Virus record (IMG/VR): IMGVR_UViG_3300037470_000364
Coordinates: 1-49,221 of that record
Source of the DNA: a virus
Lineage: Duplodnaviria > Caudoviricetes
Direction: 5' to 3' (one strand)
Length of the DNA: 49,221 nt
The notes beneath the pieces are model-generated. The model ran no database searches. It was not told the origin of the DNA and saw nothing but the letters and a program-made list of their open reading frames with translations. The stretch's first letter is position 1. Each line of letters opens with the position of its first letter. The position numbers and the translations under genes are program-made. Below, one piece after another: positions 15,764 to 25,142 of the stretch.

Positions 15764-18700
15764 ATGACAGTCCGCCCGCGCCCTTGATGTTCGGCGCAAG
15801 CTGTTCTCGCAGACCTGGGATGCGCTTGTGATACTCCGAAAAGAACTCGCGCCAGAACTTGGCATGGCGGTCTTCACCTTCCGGTGCGTCGTTCGCCTTG
15901 CGGAGCAGGACCCCAGTGCCCGCCTCGTCCCTTCTTTCCGCGAACTCCCTGAGCCCGCCCGGTAACGTTTGTGACGCTGCTCTGGAGCCTGCGTACTTTC
16001 CGAACGTCGCGTCCCCCAACGCTACTTTGAGCGCGCCCATCGAGCCGGACAAAGCCGGTTGGCTGACGTACTGGTCTACTTGGTACTTGTTCCAGACCTC
16101 TTCGGTCTGCTTGTCCGTCAGGCCGGTAACGCGGTTCCCGTTCTCGTCGCGCTCGTCCAGCATCGCCCTAGTAGCGCCACGGAGGATGGCCTTGAACGCG
16201 CCCGGTAGCTGGTCTGCGTCCATACCGCCGAAGGCGTCGGGAAGCAAAGTCCACCTTACGAACCTCGTCCCGCCCTTGGTGGTGACGATCTCTCCCCTTA
16301 TCCAGTCCGCGTCCTTTAGTGTGGGATAAAGAGCGACACCGACTGCGGTGGTCGCCGTCCCGGTCAGACCCTTGGACGCCAAGTCTGCAATCAGCCGTGC
16401 GTCCTTGGCCGGAATCTTCCCGCCGAGCCTACCGAGCACGAGCCGTAGTCCGGCTTCAGTAAGCCCTGCTTGGGGAACATAGTTCAAGGCATCGAGTGCG
16501 ACGTTGCCGATGACTCTGGAAAAGCGCGTGTTCACGTCCACGCCCAACCGGAGGAACGCCGCCGCTTCCCTTCCGGCCCTGCCGGGAAACTGCTGTTCGA
16601 TCTTGGCCGACCCGTTCTGCTTCAGCCACCGCAGCCCCATAGACGCGGCGTTGTCAATGTTGTACGTCTGCCTGAGCGCCCACTCGTTGGCTATCGCGTG
16701 GGCCTCGTTCACCTGCGCCTTCGTGAGCGGGCCTGGTGCGCCTTCGGTAAGTTGCTTGAACGCGGCCTGACGGTTTGCTTTCACTCCGCCGGGTAGGTTC
16801 TTGCTCGCCGTAAGCGCGAAATCGTCCATCGCCAACCGCTCGTACAACGGGTAGAACGGGGCGTCGGTCAGTCCTGCCGCCTTCGTAAAGAAACCAGTCC
16901 GTCCCTCGAACTTGTGCCCGGTGGCCTTGTTGATCCCGGCCATGACCTCGCCAACGTCGGTGGAGAGCGTCTTCCTGTAGCCCTTGACGACGTTCATGAT
17001 CTTGGTAGGGGTAATGAGCGTCTCCCTGCCCACCGTCTTTCCGAACGTCATGGAAGACAGCACCGACCTTAGTGGGTTGAGCGCGACGTATGCCGCGAAC
17101 TTCGTGGTGTTGGAAACGACGTCGAACGCCCGCGACCACGGGTTCATCAGTTGCATCTCGCGCCCGAAGGCGTTTGCGAAGTCAGCTATTGGCCTTTGGT
17201 GCCCGGTGATCGCACGGGTAAAGTCCGCCCCGAACACTTCCTCTAACAGCTTGATCTCGTTCGGCTGTGGGAGCTTGCCGTTCTGGAATATGCCGTCTAG
17301 TGCCTCAAGCGCGTCCTGCCTGGACTGTACGCGCTTGCCCCAGTCGTAGTCGTTGATGACGTCGAACAGCGCGTCCTGGTCTGCGTCCGGTATCGCATCC
17401 TTGAACACGAAGTCCGGGTTGTCGGTCTGCCCTACTTTTCTGGCGGCTCGACCGGCTGGCACGGATGCCCTGCCTTTTGCCGTGACCTGTCCGAGCCTTG
17501 CGGCCTGCGCCTCCCTTAGTGCGTCTACCGCCGCCTCGCGCTCCGGCCTGCCGACCTTCTCAGAGTCGCGCATCGCGGCTTTGAACCGCTCGATGGCTTC
17601 GGCCTTCCCGACTGGCGGGACGTCCGGGGGTGTGCCTGCTTGTTTTGACGCGAACTCTGCCGCCTCGTCAAGCCCGCCCTTGCCCGCTGAAGCGGCCTTT
17701 CTTGCCCCCACCTTGGCCGCTGCTTCGAGGTAGGTGAAATACTGCGGGTCGTCAAGGTAGCTCCTGGCTTGCTCCGTGACCTTGATGTGGTCAGGGATTC
17801 CTAGACTCTTGGCCTTGGACGCGAAGTCGCTCCATGCCTTCTCTGTAGAGAGGAGCTTCTTTAGCCCCTGTCCGCCCTTGGCGACGATGCCTGCGCCGAA
17901 CACTTCAGCCGCGAGCCATGCCGCCGCCGCCATCCGCTCTCCCGGCGTCTTGTCGGGGTCGAGCATCGTCCCGGCTTGGATTACGGGGTCACCGATGAAG
18001 TTGAGTATCCCCTCTACCAGGGGGTCCATCTTCAGCCCCTTTTCTTGCTTGGACTCTTGGATGGACTTCAGCAACGATTCTGGTGGGTCTACGCGGAGCT
18101 TCTCGGAGTCCTTGATCGCCTCGGCTTCCGTCTGTCCCTCGATGAGTTGTCGCGGGGTCAGCTTGCCGCTTGCCGCCTGCGCCTCTTGCGCCGACTCGTG
18201 CTGTGCGGGAGTGATTCCCCGCTGTGGGATGCCAAGCCTTGCAAGGAGCCTGGTCGCGTCGCCCAAGTCCATCGCCCTGCCGTCCTTCGTCGGGACGGAG
18301 CCCATGCTGCCGACAGCCATGTCGAAGGCGTCCATCGTGAACGGGAGCGACTCAATCGCCTTGGCCTGCTTTTCCTGCTCTAGCCGCTGTCTGCCGTTCT
18401 CCCTCGCTTTCACGAACGCCGCGTGTTGCGCGGTCAGCCCGGACAAGTCTCCCCTCGTGAGCGCGGCCTTGGCCTGGTGATAGTCAGGGTCGGGGACGTA
18501 GAACTGCTCTAGCTCCTCCCACGGCTTCAACCCTTCGAGCCCGGTGATCCTGCCCTCCAGCCCGGTCATTTGTGGGCCGATCCCTTTCTTGGTCTGTCTG
18601 GTGTAGAGGAAGTTCCTCACTTGCTGACGCTGTTCTGCCGTCATCTTGAAGTCCTTTTCAAGACGTTGCATCACGCCGAGGAGGTTGGTCGGCTGGGGCC

Positions 18701-18806
18701 GGAGCATCTGCTCGACGGTCTTCTCTTTCGGCTTTTCCTTTGGCTTGTCAGGAAAGAGAGAGACTTTTGGCGGAAGGCCCATCTGCGACTTGAGCTGCTC
18801 TATCAA
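15711..18806 (-). CDS. large internal virion / DNA-ejection protein
   Basis: 1031-aa Ala/Gly/Lys-rich helical ORF, third of the ejection-type genes; true start uncertain (TTG 18806 or CTG 18830). Confidence 0.7.
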   Translation of the reverse strand: MIEQLKSQMGLPPKVSLFPDKPKEKPKEKTVEQMLRPQPTNLLGVMQRLEKDFKMTAEQRQQVRNFLYTRQTKKGIGPQMTGLEGRITGLEGLKPWEELEQFYVPDPDYHQAKAALTRGDLSGLTAQHAAFVKARENGRQRLEQEKQAKAIESLPFTMDAFDMAVGSMGSVPTKDGRAMDLGDATRLLARLGIPQRGITPAQHESAQEAQAASGKLTPRQLIEGQTEAEAIKDSEKLRVDPPESLLKSIQESKQEKGLKMDPLVEGILNFIGDPVIQAGTMLDPDKTPGERMAAAAWLAAEVFGAGIVAKGGQGLKKLLSTEKAWSDFASKAKSLGIPDHIKVTEQARSYLDDPQYFTYLEAAAKVGARKAASAGKGGLDEAAEFASKQAGTPPDVPPVGKAEAIERFKAAMRDSEKVGRPEREAAVDALREAQAARLGQVTAKGRASVPAGRAARKVGQTDNPDFVFKDAIPDADQDALFDVINDYDWGKRVQSRQDALEALDGIFQNGKLPQPNEIKLLEEVFGADFTRAITGHQRPIADFANAFGREMQLMNPWSRAFDVVSNTTKFAAYVALNPLRSVLSSMTFGKTVGRETLITPTKIMNVVKGYRKTLSTDVGEVMAGINKATGHKFEGRTGFFTKAAGLTDAPFYPLYERLAMDDFALTASKNLPGGVKANRQAAFKQLTEGAPGPLTKAQVNEAHAIANEWALRQTYNIDNAASMGLRWLKQNGSAKIEQQFPGRAGREAAAFLRLGVDVNTRFSRVIGNVALDALNYVPQAGLTEAGLRLVLGRLGGKIPAKDARLIADLASKGLTGTATTAVGVALYPTLKDADWIRGEIVTTKGGTRFVRWTLLPDAFGGMDADQLPGAFKAILRGATRAMLDERDENGNRVTGLTDKQTEEVWNKYQVDQYVSQPALSGSMGALKVALGDATFGKYAGSRAASQTLPGGLREFAERRDEAGTGVLLRKANDAPEGEDRHAKFWREFFSEYHKRIPGLREQLAPNIKGAGGLSLTDEERKAAVEAYRKGR

Positions 18807-18920
18807 TGATCCTGGCGGTCGTTTAGCCAGGTCTGCTCACCGTCTCCCTTACGTCTTCCTTGGAGAGGATTCCCCTCTGGGTGTACTCTTGCTCCTTCTT
18901 CTTTTCCTTCAAGTGAGAAG

Positions 18921-18982
18921 GCTGCTCATTTATCTTCCTTTGCGATATGCCTCGACCGCCGCTTTCCTTTCTTCGTCCGTCA
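18921..18982. repeat. 62-bp direct repeat, copy 2
   Basis: Matches 15702-15763 at 61/62. Confidence 0.95.
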
Positions 18983-19094
18983 TTGGTGCGACGGAGCGGT
19001 CGCGGTTGTCGAACCAGACGTTCCAGCAATAGAACGCGGTAACGGCCAGGACACAGGCCGCGAGCACGGGCCAGAACCACTTTGGAGCGTTCAT
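18930..19094 (-). CDS. 54-aa single-pass membrane peptide (moron-like)
   Basis: MNAPKWFWPVLAACVLAVTAFYCWNVWFDNRDRSVAPMTDEERKAAVEAYRKGR; TG-C-CACAAT 5 nt upstream; not in ORF track. Confidence 0.7.
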   Translation of the reverse strand: MNAPKWFWPVLAACVLAVTAFYCWNVWFDNRDRSVAPMTDEERKAAVEAYRKGR

Positions 19095-19147
19095 GTCCCA
19101 TTGTGGCACAGCCTGCTTGCGACTGCCGCTGCGTTATCAAGGACTGG

Positions 19148-20599
19148 TTATCCACCCTGCATCTGCGGCCCCCTAAACCGCGACTCGGAACGCTTCCTCG
19201 TGCCTGCCCTTACCATGTACGGTTCCAACCGGTCTCTCAGTCCTTGGTCGGAGATGAGGTTGAACCACCTGTTGAGCGTCTCGTCGTTCGTTGCGATCTC
19301 TGACTCAAGGTCGTCAATGGTCCCCTGGATGCCGGAGGTGCTTTCACTTTTCTTGTCGAGTTCGTCCCTTCGTTGCTTCGCGAACGCCAGCTTCCTGTTC
19401 TTTTCGGCGTTCTCCACGGACAAGTCGTCGAAGTCCTTTTCGAGCCCCTTGTCAATCTCAACCGCGTCTTTCGAGTTGAGCTTGTTGCGACGACCGATCT
19501 CCGACGCGACGTTCGACCTGTAGGAGAGCGCGTTGGCGTGGGCGTCTGCGGCTCTTTGTTTCTCGATCCGTTGTTTCTCTGGGAGGAACTTTATCTCCTC
19601 GTCAAGAAGTATCCGCTTGAGCCGCGCTGACTCGGCTTCGTCCTTGATCCTTGCCAGGTCGCTTTCGTAGGATTCGGTCTGGAGCTTATAGTCGAGTTCG
19701 GCAGACAGGCTCTTGGTAATCTCGATCTTCGTTTTGTACGGTGCCGCCTTAGCCGCCTCGAACGAGGCCGTGGCGTCATTGACGGCCTTCTCTGTGTCGG
19801 CCCTGCCCTTGGTGTCCATCTCGGACTCGTAGCGCACTGCGCGGTCGTAAAGGTCCCAGTATGCTTCCTTGCCACCGAGGGCGTTTTCTATGTCCATTGA
19901 AGACGCCATCTCCCATAGCGTATTCAGTGCGGTCGGGGTCAGCTTTCGGTCAGCGTCCATGTCGGAGATCGTCTTGCCGATGTCCTTGTAGAACGCAGTC
20001 TTCCTGTTGAAGTCTGCGTCTATCTGGGCCTTGAACTTGTCAATCTGGCCCCGCAAGGTCTTGGCGCGGTCTGAGTCAATGCCCGCCATTTTGACGACGT
20101 GCTCGTAACTCAGGTTGAGGTTGTTCATTGAGTCTTGGTACTCGTTGAACGCCTTGGTGTTCTGCTTCTCCGCCTCTTCGTCAAGACGCTGCTGCATACC
20201 GGAGAGCGCAGTCCCTACTCCGCCCATCGTGGCCTCGTGGCTCGCGCCCAACGCTCTCAGTAAAAGCCCGATCCCTCCGGTAAGTAGTTGCGTGTCGCGG
20301 GGGACGCGCTTGCTAACGACGTCGGGCCGCTTTAGCCCCATCCGTTGCTCATTCAGATCGTCGGCGGTCTTTCTCGCCCCGTAGTATTGGCCCTCTACTC
20401 TCTTGGCCTCGTCTTCCAAAGCCTGCATCTCGTCCGCAACGCCGGGAAGGAACGACTGCCCCTTCGGTGGTTGCGGTTTTGCGAACGACGCGAAGTCAGG
20501 GAGGTCGAGGCCCTGCCTGTCGAGTGGGCCGGGAAGGTCGAGCTGCGGCAACGGGCCGATGCTCGGTATGGGGAACTTGAGGTTTTGGGCGTTTACCAT
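19148..20599 (-). CDS. internal virion / DNA-ejection protein
   Basis: Start MVNAQ in a TAATG overlap; Gly-rich hydrophobic patch plus long coiled coil. Confidence 0.7.
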   Translation of the reverse strand: MVNAQNLKFPIPSIGPLPQLDLPGPLDRQGLDLPDFASFAKPQPPKGQSFLPGVADEMQALEDEAKRVEGQYYGARKTADDLNEQRMGLKRPDVVSKRVPRDTQLLTGGIGLLLRALGASHEATMGGVGTALSGMQQRLDEEAEKQNTKAFNEYQDSMNNLNLSYEHVVKMAGIDSDRAKTLRGQIDKFKAQIDADFNRKTAFYKDIGKTISDMDADRKLTPTALNTLWEMASSMDIENALGGKEAYWDLYDRAVRYESEMDTKGRADTEKAVNDATASFEAAKAAPYKTKIEITKSLSAELDYKLQTESYESDLARIKDEAESARLKRILLDEEIKFLPEKQRIEKQRAADAHANALSYRSNVASEIGRRNKLNSKDAVEIDKGLEKDFDDLSVENAEKNRKLAFAKQRRDELDKKSESTSGIQGTIDDLESEIATNDETLNRWFNLISDQGLRDRLEPYMVRAGTRKRSESRFRGPQMQGG

Positions 20600-21258
20600 T
20601 AGAAGAGCCCGTTGAAAGCACCGCCGCCCGCGAGCCCGCCACCGATGCCCGCGATAGTGTCCATCCACGTTGGTTTCTGCTGTTGCTGTCCAGCGATACC
20701 GAACGCCTGCATAGCCATCGGTAGCCCCTGGAAGACGTTGCCTGCGCCGTATGCGTCGGCCTGCGCGAGGTAGTTGGAGGCGATTGACCGTGGGTCGGAA
20801 ATCTGCCTGAAGAAACCACCGGCCTCCGAGTTCGCGGCGTTCAGGGCCGAAAGCTCCGCGCCCGCGTCGAGCGACGGCTGGGAGCCGAACCTAGAACGAA
20901 GGATGCCCTTGTTCCGCCTTGCCATTTCCTCTGCCTGCCCCATCGCCGCAGAACGGTAAGAGCTTGCTATCCCGAAACGGTTGGACGGGTCGAGCGCACC
21001 GAACGCCTGCTGTAAAGCGTTCAGTCTGTCCCCGGTGTTCTGGTTGTAGAACCCGAACTCCTGCGCCAGACCCGGCCCCATCAACCGAGCGAACGACTTG
21101 GGGTTCGTGATCTTCTTGCTCTGGAGCAAAGAGGTCACGTCCGACATCGAACCGAAGCGACCGAACTCCTGGTTCGCGCCTGGTCTGAGTTGGGACATCT
21201 GCCCTGTCTCGTATGGGGTGGACTGTCTGCCGGGGGTGTTATTGAAGAGTGAAGCCAC
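20599..21258 (-). CDS. small ejection (pilot) protein
   Basis: Gln/Ala/Gly-rich with C-terminal IAGIGGGLAGGG. Confidence 0.7.
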   Translation of the reverse strand: MASLFNNTPGRQSTPYETGQMSQLRPGANQEFGRFGSMSDVTSLLQSKKITNPKSFARLMGPGLAQEFGFYNQNTGDRLNALQQAFGALDPSNRFGIASSYRSAAMGQAEEMARRNKGILRSRFGSQPSLDAGAELSALNAANSEAGGFFRQISDPRSIASNYLAQADAYGAGNVFQGLPMAMQAFGIAGQQQQKPTWMDTIAGIGGGLAGGGAFNGLF

Positions 21259-21262
21259 GTGT

Positions 21263-21766
21263 TTACCAATATCCGACTACGGCGATGTACTGGTCCGACA
21301 TCGCGTCTGCCTTGTAGTCAAAGGTCTTTGAAGAAGTCAATGGACAAAAAGCCTGCCCTGCGTTGGAGGTGATGTCCGAGGTGGTCGTCCCTCTCACGGA
21401 CGCTATCTGCATCTCCACCGAAGTCCGTTCCATGCGGACGTAAATCCCTTTCTCCCCCGTAGGTGATTCGATGTTCCTTGCGCGATAAACGAGGATCACG
21501 CCGGTCGCGGTCGCCGGTATCGTGTGCGAGGCGTCGAACGTCGTCCACGCTATGGCGGTCGCAGGCGAGCCGGTTTCATTCACCACGACGTACAGCTCTG
21601 GAAGGAACGAGAGCCCGAACCCGGTCTCTTTCCGTACAGGCTTGACCTCCTTGTTCGCCGTCGCTAGCTTGGCGGCGTCGGAGACTATCCCGCTATTGTC
21701 CTTGGGCTTGACGCCGAAGGCTCCCGCGAACAGACTACTGCCCTTGGTCTTTTCCTTGTCCGCCAC
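21263..21766 (-). CDS. putative tail protein
   Basis: Follows the nozzle gene; IPATATGVIL...FDYK...VVGYW module. Confidence 0.6.
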   Translation of the reverse strand: MADKEKTKGSSLFAGAFGVKPKDNSGIVSDAAKLATANKEVKPVRKETGFGLSFLPELYVVVNETGSPATAIAWTTFDASHTIPATATGVILVYRARNIESPTGEKGIYVRMERTSVEMQIASVRGTTTSDITSNAGQAFCPLTSSKTFDYKADAMSDQYIAVVGYW

Positions 21767-24440
21767 CGCTCACCTTCTGATACCAGGACTCTAGGTGCCA
21801 GGGGTGGTTGAGGTCCCCTGACAGCGCAACGTCAATCCCACAGCCGGACGCCATCGGTTCCTGCGCGGCTGCATCGGCGGTCTTATCAACGCGCCACAAA
21901 GACGTCTCCGACCCGCCCGCGTCAAGGCTCATCGTGCCGACCACAGAGGCGGTCGGTTTCAATACCGTCCGCGTGACAGTCAAGGTCTCCGAGTCCTGGT
22001 CGGCGCAGACGATCTCGGCCTCACCGACCCTAATGCGCTGGAACTTGTCCAACAGCCGGTACGACTTGATTACGAGCGGGATGTCGGTGCCGTTGTCGTC
22101 CACCGTCCCCTCCCTCTCATATTCCCAAAGCTGTCCGTTCTTGGTGAAGAACATCAGCCTCCCTTCTGAGCCGTAGACCCAGTTGAAGAACATCGAGCAC
22201 GGTACGGTCGTCGGAACCTTGTCGTCCGACTCGAACTGGTCTACGTCCTGGTTGTAGACGAGGACCCGCCAGTTCTCGTTCGATGAGGCGTCCGCGTGCG
22301 CGAGGTAGTACCTCCCCTCGTGGACGCAGCCGCTCATAAACTTCCGCCTTGCGGCGGGGACGGCTTCAAGGATGTCGTGGACCTTGTACCGTGAAAGCCC
22401 CCTGATGCTTGCAGCGGCCTCCGTGACGATCATGTCCTGGTCCACCCAGTACAAAACCCCATTGGCGGAAGCGACGGACCACGGAGCGACCGTCCCTTTG
22501 TCCGCGATCTTCACGGGAGAGAACTGCTCGATGGTGTAGAGGGCCTTGTCCGTGAAACAGTAGACGGTGGGGACGCCGATGAGCGACGTTGAGACCGCTA
22601 TCAGCCTAAGCCCGTTCTCGTCCTCTAGCGCGAACATGATCCCGCCGTCAGGGTCAATCGAGCCGTCCGACTTTGGCGAGACGTATGCGAACCGCAAGGG
22701 CTGGTCTTTCTCTGACACCAGGACTGCGTTGTTGCGGAGCGCGTTGCTCGTCCCCCTGACGCCGCAGACGTACATCCGCCCACCGGCGAAAATCTGATGG
22801 GTGCCCCTCGGCGTGGACTGGTTGTAGGGTCCGGGCTTTCTAAGCTGGAAGTCCTTGTCCGGCTTTTCGGTGTCGTCCACGAACGTCCCTGAGTCGGCCT
22901 TTTCCGACCACGCCGTCTCGGAGTTACCGAACGTCGCAAAGACGGTCTCTGCCCTTAGAGAGTCCACCGTGCCGTTGGTGTCGTCGGAGTCGTACAGCGT
23001 AACGAGCGTGTCCCCGATGTGGAAGAACGCCTCCGGGTCAATGTCCCCCTCCCCGATGTCCTGAGCGTAGAGCCTGTAGGTGGTGACCCCCGCCTGGGCT
23101 TGCGCCTGGGTAGGGGCGAATATCGGGACGTCCATGGAGTAGAACAGCCGCTCGTCCCACGGCAGCCTCACGTCGGCGTCCATCCCTCCTCCGAGGTTGA
23201 TGAGCGCCTCCGTCCTGGCGATGGGGTCGTAATTGACGGCAGCCGACTCCGACCTGCTGTTGTGGGCGTAGAAGCTACCGGCGTACCGCCTCATCCCCCG
23301 GACGTTTCCTGAGCCGATGACGGCGTAGACCCTTAGAGTGGCCCCGGCTGTGGCCTTCGCGTTCGAGACCTCTAGCTTTACACCCGTAATGTCCGAGAGG
23401 TCTTTGCCCGCGTGGTCGTCCAACGAGAACGATATGAGCAGTTTGTCGCCGTCAATCCCGATGACAGTCCTTGTGTCCTTGAAGTCGGACGGGTCGTGGA
23501 TGAGGAGGTCTCCGGCTGTGTCCTCGGTCAGATACCACTTGTAGCAGGTGAACCACGAATAGTCGGACGGGTCGCACACGATCCAGACCTGCTTCGCTCC
23601 CGTGAGGTCCGCAGCGGTAGTCATCTGCGCCCAGCCGTAGTCCCCCACGGTCGGGATGGACGTCCCGGTCGCACCACCGGAAGTGAAAAGGATGGTCTGG
23701 TCTGGTGCCGAACCAGAGGCGGCGACAGAGCCTTCGTCTGAAGCCGCCGTCGCCGGGTCGAACGTGCCGTTCGCGTTGTAGTGGGTGTCCTCTACCTGTG
23801 CAACGAACGTGTCCGAGCGGATGGCCAGGAACCCCAGCCCTGTAGCTACCGGCGCGTGGGAAAGCGCCTGTTTGGGGAACGCGACGTCGTTGATCGGGAA
23901 CATCGTCGCTGAGTCAATCGGGTTGTTCAGCCACTTGGGGACTTCCGCGCCCGACTGGACGACGATCCCCTCTATCCCGCCAGACCCGTTCGGTACGGGC
24001 GTGAAGCTCATGTACCCGAACGTCGGGATGGACATGGTGTTCGTGGCACCCGTCTCGATGGTCCCGGCGGTGTACCTGCCCCACCCTGACCACACCGTCC
24101 CGTCGTAGTGCGCCCAGAAAATCCCAATTACGTCGGTAGAGACCTCTATCGCGGCGAACACGCCCAGGTCGCCCGACTGGGTAAGCCGACAGATCATCCC
24201 GCCGTAGAACGTGCCCTCGTTTATCCCACCGCCGGGAACGATGTCTGGGATGTACACCGTTCCTGTAGTCCTGGCGTCGGACTGTTCCTCGTACTGCCCC
24301 GCCCTCAAACGAAGCGAACCGTCGTCGGCCCTTACTCCGACAAGCTCTTGGAACTGCCCAGCTTCTAGTGAAGACGGTACTGCATACGAGTTCAGCCCCC
24401 GGAACGGGACGTCCCTCGGGTCGAATATCGGGAGCCTCAA
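21735..24440 (-). CDS. tail nozzle / stabilization protein (tail tubular B or P22 gp10-like)
   Basis: FRGLN...L..G...GSLRLRAG start, beta-propeller-like repeats, GTVAPWSVA; located after the adaptor. Confidence 0.75.
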   Translation of the reverse strand: MRLPIFDPRDVPFRGLNSYAVPSSLEAGQFQELVGVRADDGSLRLRAGQYEEQSDARTTGTVYIPDIVPGGGINEGTFYGGMICRLTQSGDLGVFAAIEVSTDVIGIFWAHYDGTVWSGWGRYTAGTIETGATNTMSIPTFGYMSFTPVPNGSGGIEGIVVQSGAEVPKWLNNPIDSATMFPINDVAFPKQALSHAPVATGLGFLAIRSDTFVAQVEDTHYNANGTFDPATAASDEGSVAASGSAPDQTILFTSGGATGTSIPTVGDYGWAQMTTAADLTGAKQVWIVCDPSDYSWFTCYKWYLTEDTAGDLLIHDPSDFKDTRTVIGIDGDKLLISFSLDDHAGKDLSDITGVKLEVSNAKATAGATLRVYAVIGSGNVRGMRRYAGSFYAHNSRSESAAVNYDPIARTEALINLGGGMDADVRLPWDERLFYSMDVPIFAPTQAQAQAGVTTYRLYAQDIGEGDIDPEAFFHIGDTLVTLYDSDDTNGTVDSLRAETVFATFGNSETAWSEKADSGTFVDDTEKPDKDFQLRKPGPYNQSTPRGTHQIFAGGRMYVCGVRGTSNALRNNAVLVSEKDQPLRFAYVSPKSDGSIDPDGGIMFALEDENGLRLIAVSTSLIGVPTVYCFTDKALYTIEQFSPVKIADKGTVAPWSVASANGVLYWVDQDMIVTEAAASIRGLSRYKVHDILEAVPAARRKFMSGCVHEGRYYLAHADASSNENWRVLVYNQDVDQFESDDKVPTTVPCSMFFNWVYGSEGRLMFFTKNGQLWEYEREGTVDDNGTDIPLVIKSYRLLDKFQRIRVGEAEIVCADQDSETLTVTRTVLKPTASVVGTMSLDAGGSETSLWRVDKTADAAAQEPMASGCGIDVALSGDLNHPWHLESWYQKVSGGGQGKDQGQ

Positions 24441-25087
24441 GCCCTAACGATCCCCGCGCCGCCGAGCTTCGGCACGACCTTCGGCTTCAGCCTCCCGGCG
24501 CGGTGGAACTGCCTGTAGAGCTTCTGTTTGGACTTTAAAGCTTCCTTCTCCAAGAACTGCACCCGCTCGTCGCCTTCCTTTAGCGCTATCCGGTAGTTGC
24601 ACTCGTCCACCCATGCGCGGTAGCTATTGAGGCGTGCTGGCATCGTCGTACCCGTGGCGAGGGTCACAGAGTCCGTCACGACCATGCTGAGTTGCGGGTA
24701 GGACGCAGACGAGGACGTGTCCGGCTTCGGGTAGAGCCCGATGTTCAGGCCGTCGAAGTAGTAGTAGTCCGGCTCTCCCGAGTCGTCTCCCCTCCAGTCC
24801 CCGAACTCCGCGTCAAGCTCGTCCACCGAGATAGCTTTCAGTTGCTTCGAGTCCCCGGCTGTGGAAGTCCGTATGTACCGGACGCTCCACACCTTTATCA
24901 CCGAGGCGTCGAAGGCGTACTCCTGCGTGTCCTCCACCAACGCTTCTTCCGTGATCGTGGACGTGGTGACCGGCAGGTCGGTGAGGAACTCCGTGTGGAT
25001 GGACTGTAGCAGGCGCAGGTACTCGGCGTCCGAAAGGTCTCCGAACGTGTCCTTGATCTCTGTGATTAGGTTTGCTACAGTCGCCAT
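24437..25087 (-). CDS. head-tail adaptor (tail tubular A-like)
   Basis: SGEPDYYY...IGLYPKPD motif of podovirus adaptors. Confidence 0.75.
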   Translation of the reverse strand: MATVANLITEIKDTFGDLSDAEYLRLLQSIHTEFLTDLPVTTSTITEEALVEDTQEYAFDASVIKVWSVRYIRTSTAGDSKQLKAISVDELDAEFGDWRGDDSGEPDYYYFDGLNIGLYPKPDTSSSASYPQLSMVVTDSVTLATGTTMPARLNSYRAWVDECNYRIALKEGDERVQFLEKEALKSKQKLYRQFHRAGRLKPKVVPKLGGAGIVRA

Positions 25088-25115
25088 TTGGTTTCCTCTC
25101 CCTAACTAAGTTGTG

Positions 25116-25133
25116 CCTCCCCCGAAGGGGAGG
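25116..25133 (-). terminator. UUCG-capped hairpin after the capsid genes (terminator or stability element)
   Basis: CCTCCCC-TTCG-GGGGAGG; no U-tract on the minus strand. Confidence 0.5.
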
Positions 25134-25142
25134 TCTTTGTCG

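Noticed and set aside
18836-18917. Invertible segment between CTCAC/GTGAG inverted repeats restoring the giant ORF
   Set aside because: Inverting it by hand still leaves an in-frame TGA, and the repeats are only 5 bp
15702-18982. Diversity-generating retroelement TR/VR pair
   Set aside because: No reverse transcriptase in the genome and only one synonymous difference, not adenine-directed variation on the coding strand
18823-19155. 110-aa ORF-track call as the gene in this gap
   Set aside because: Arg-rich shadow frame; the 54-aa membrane ORF in another frame fits better
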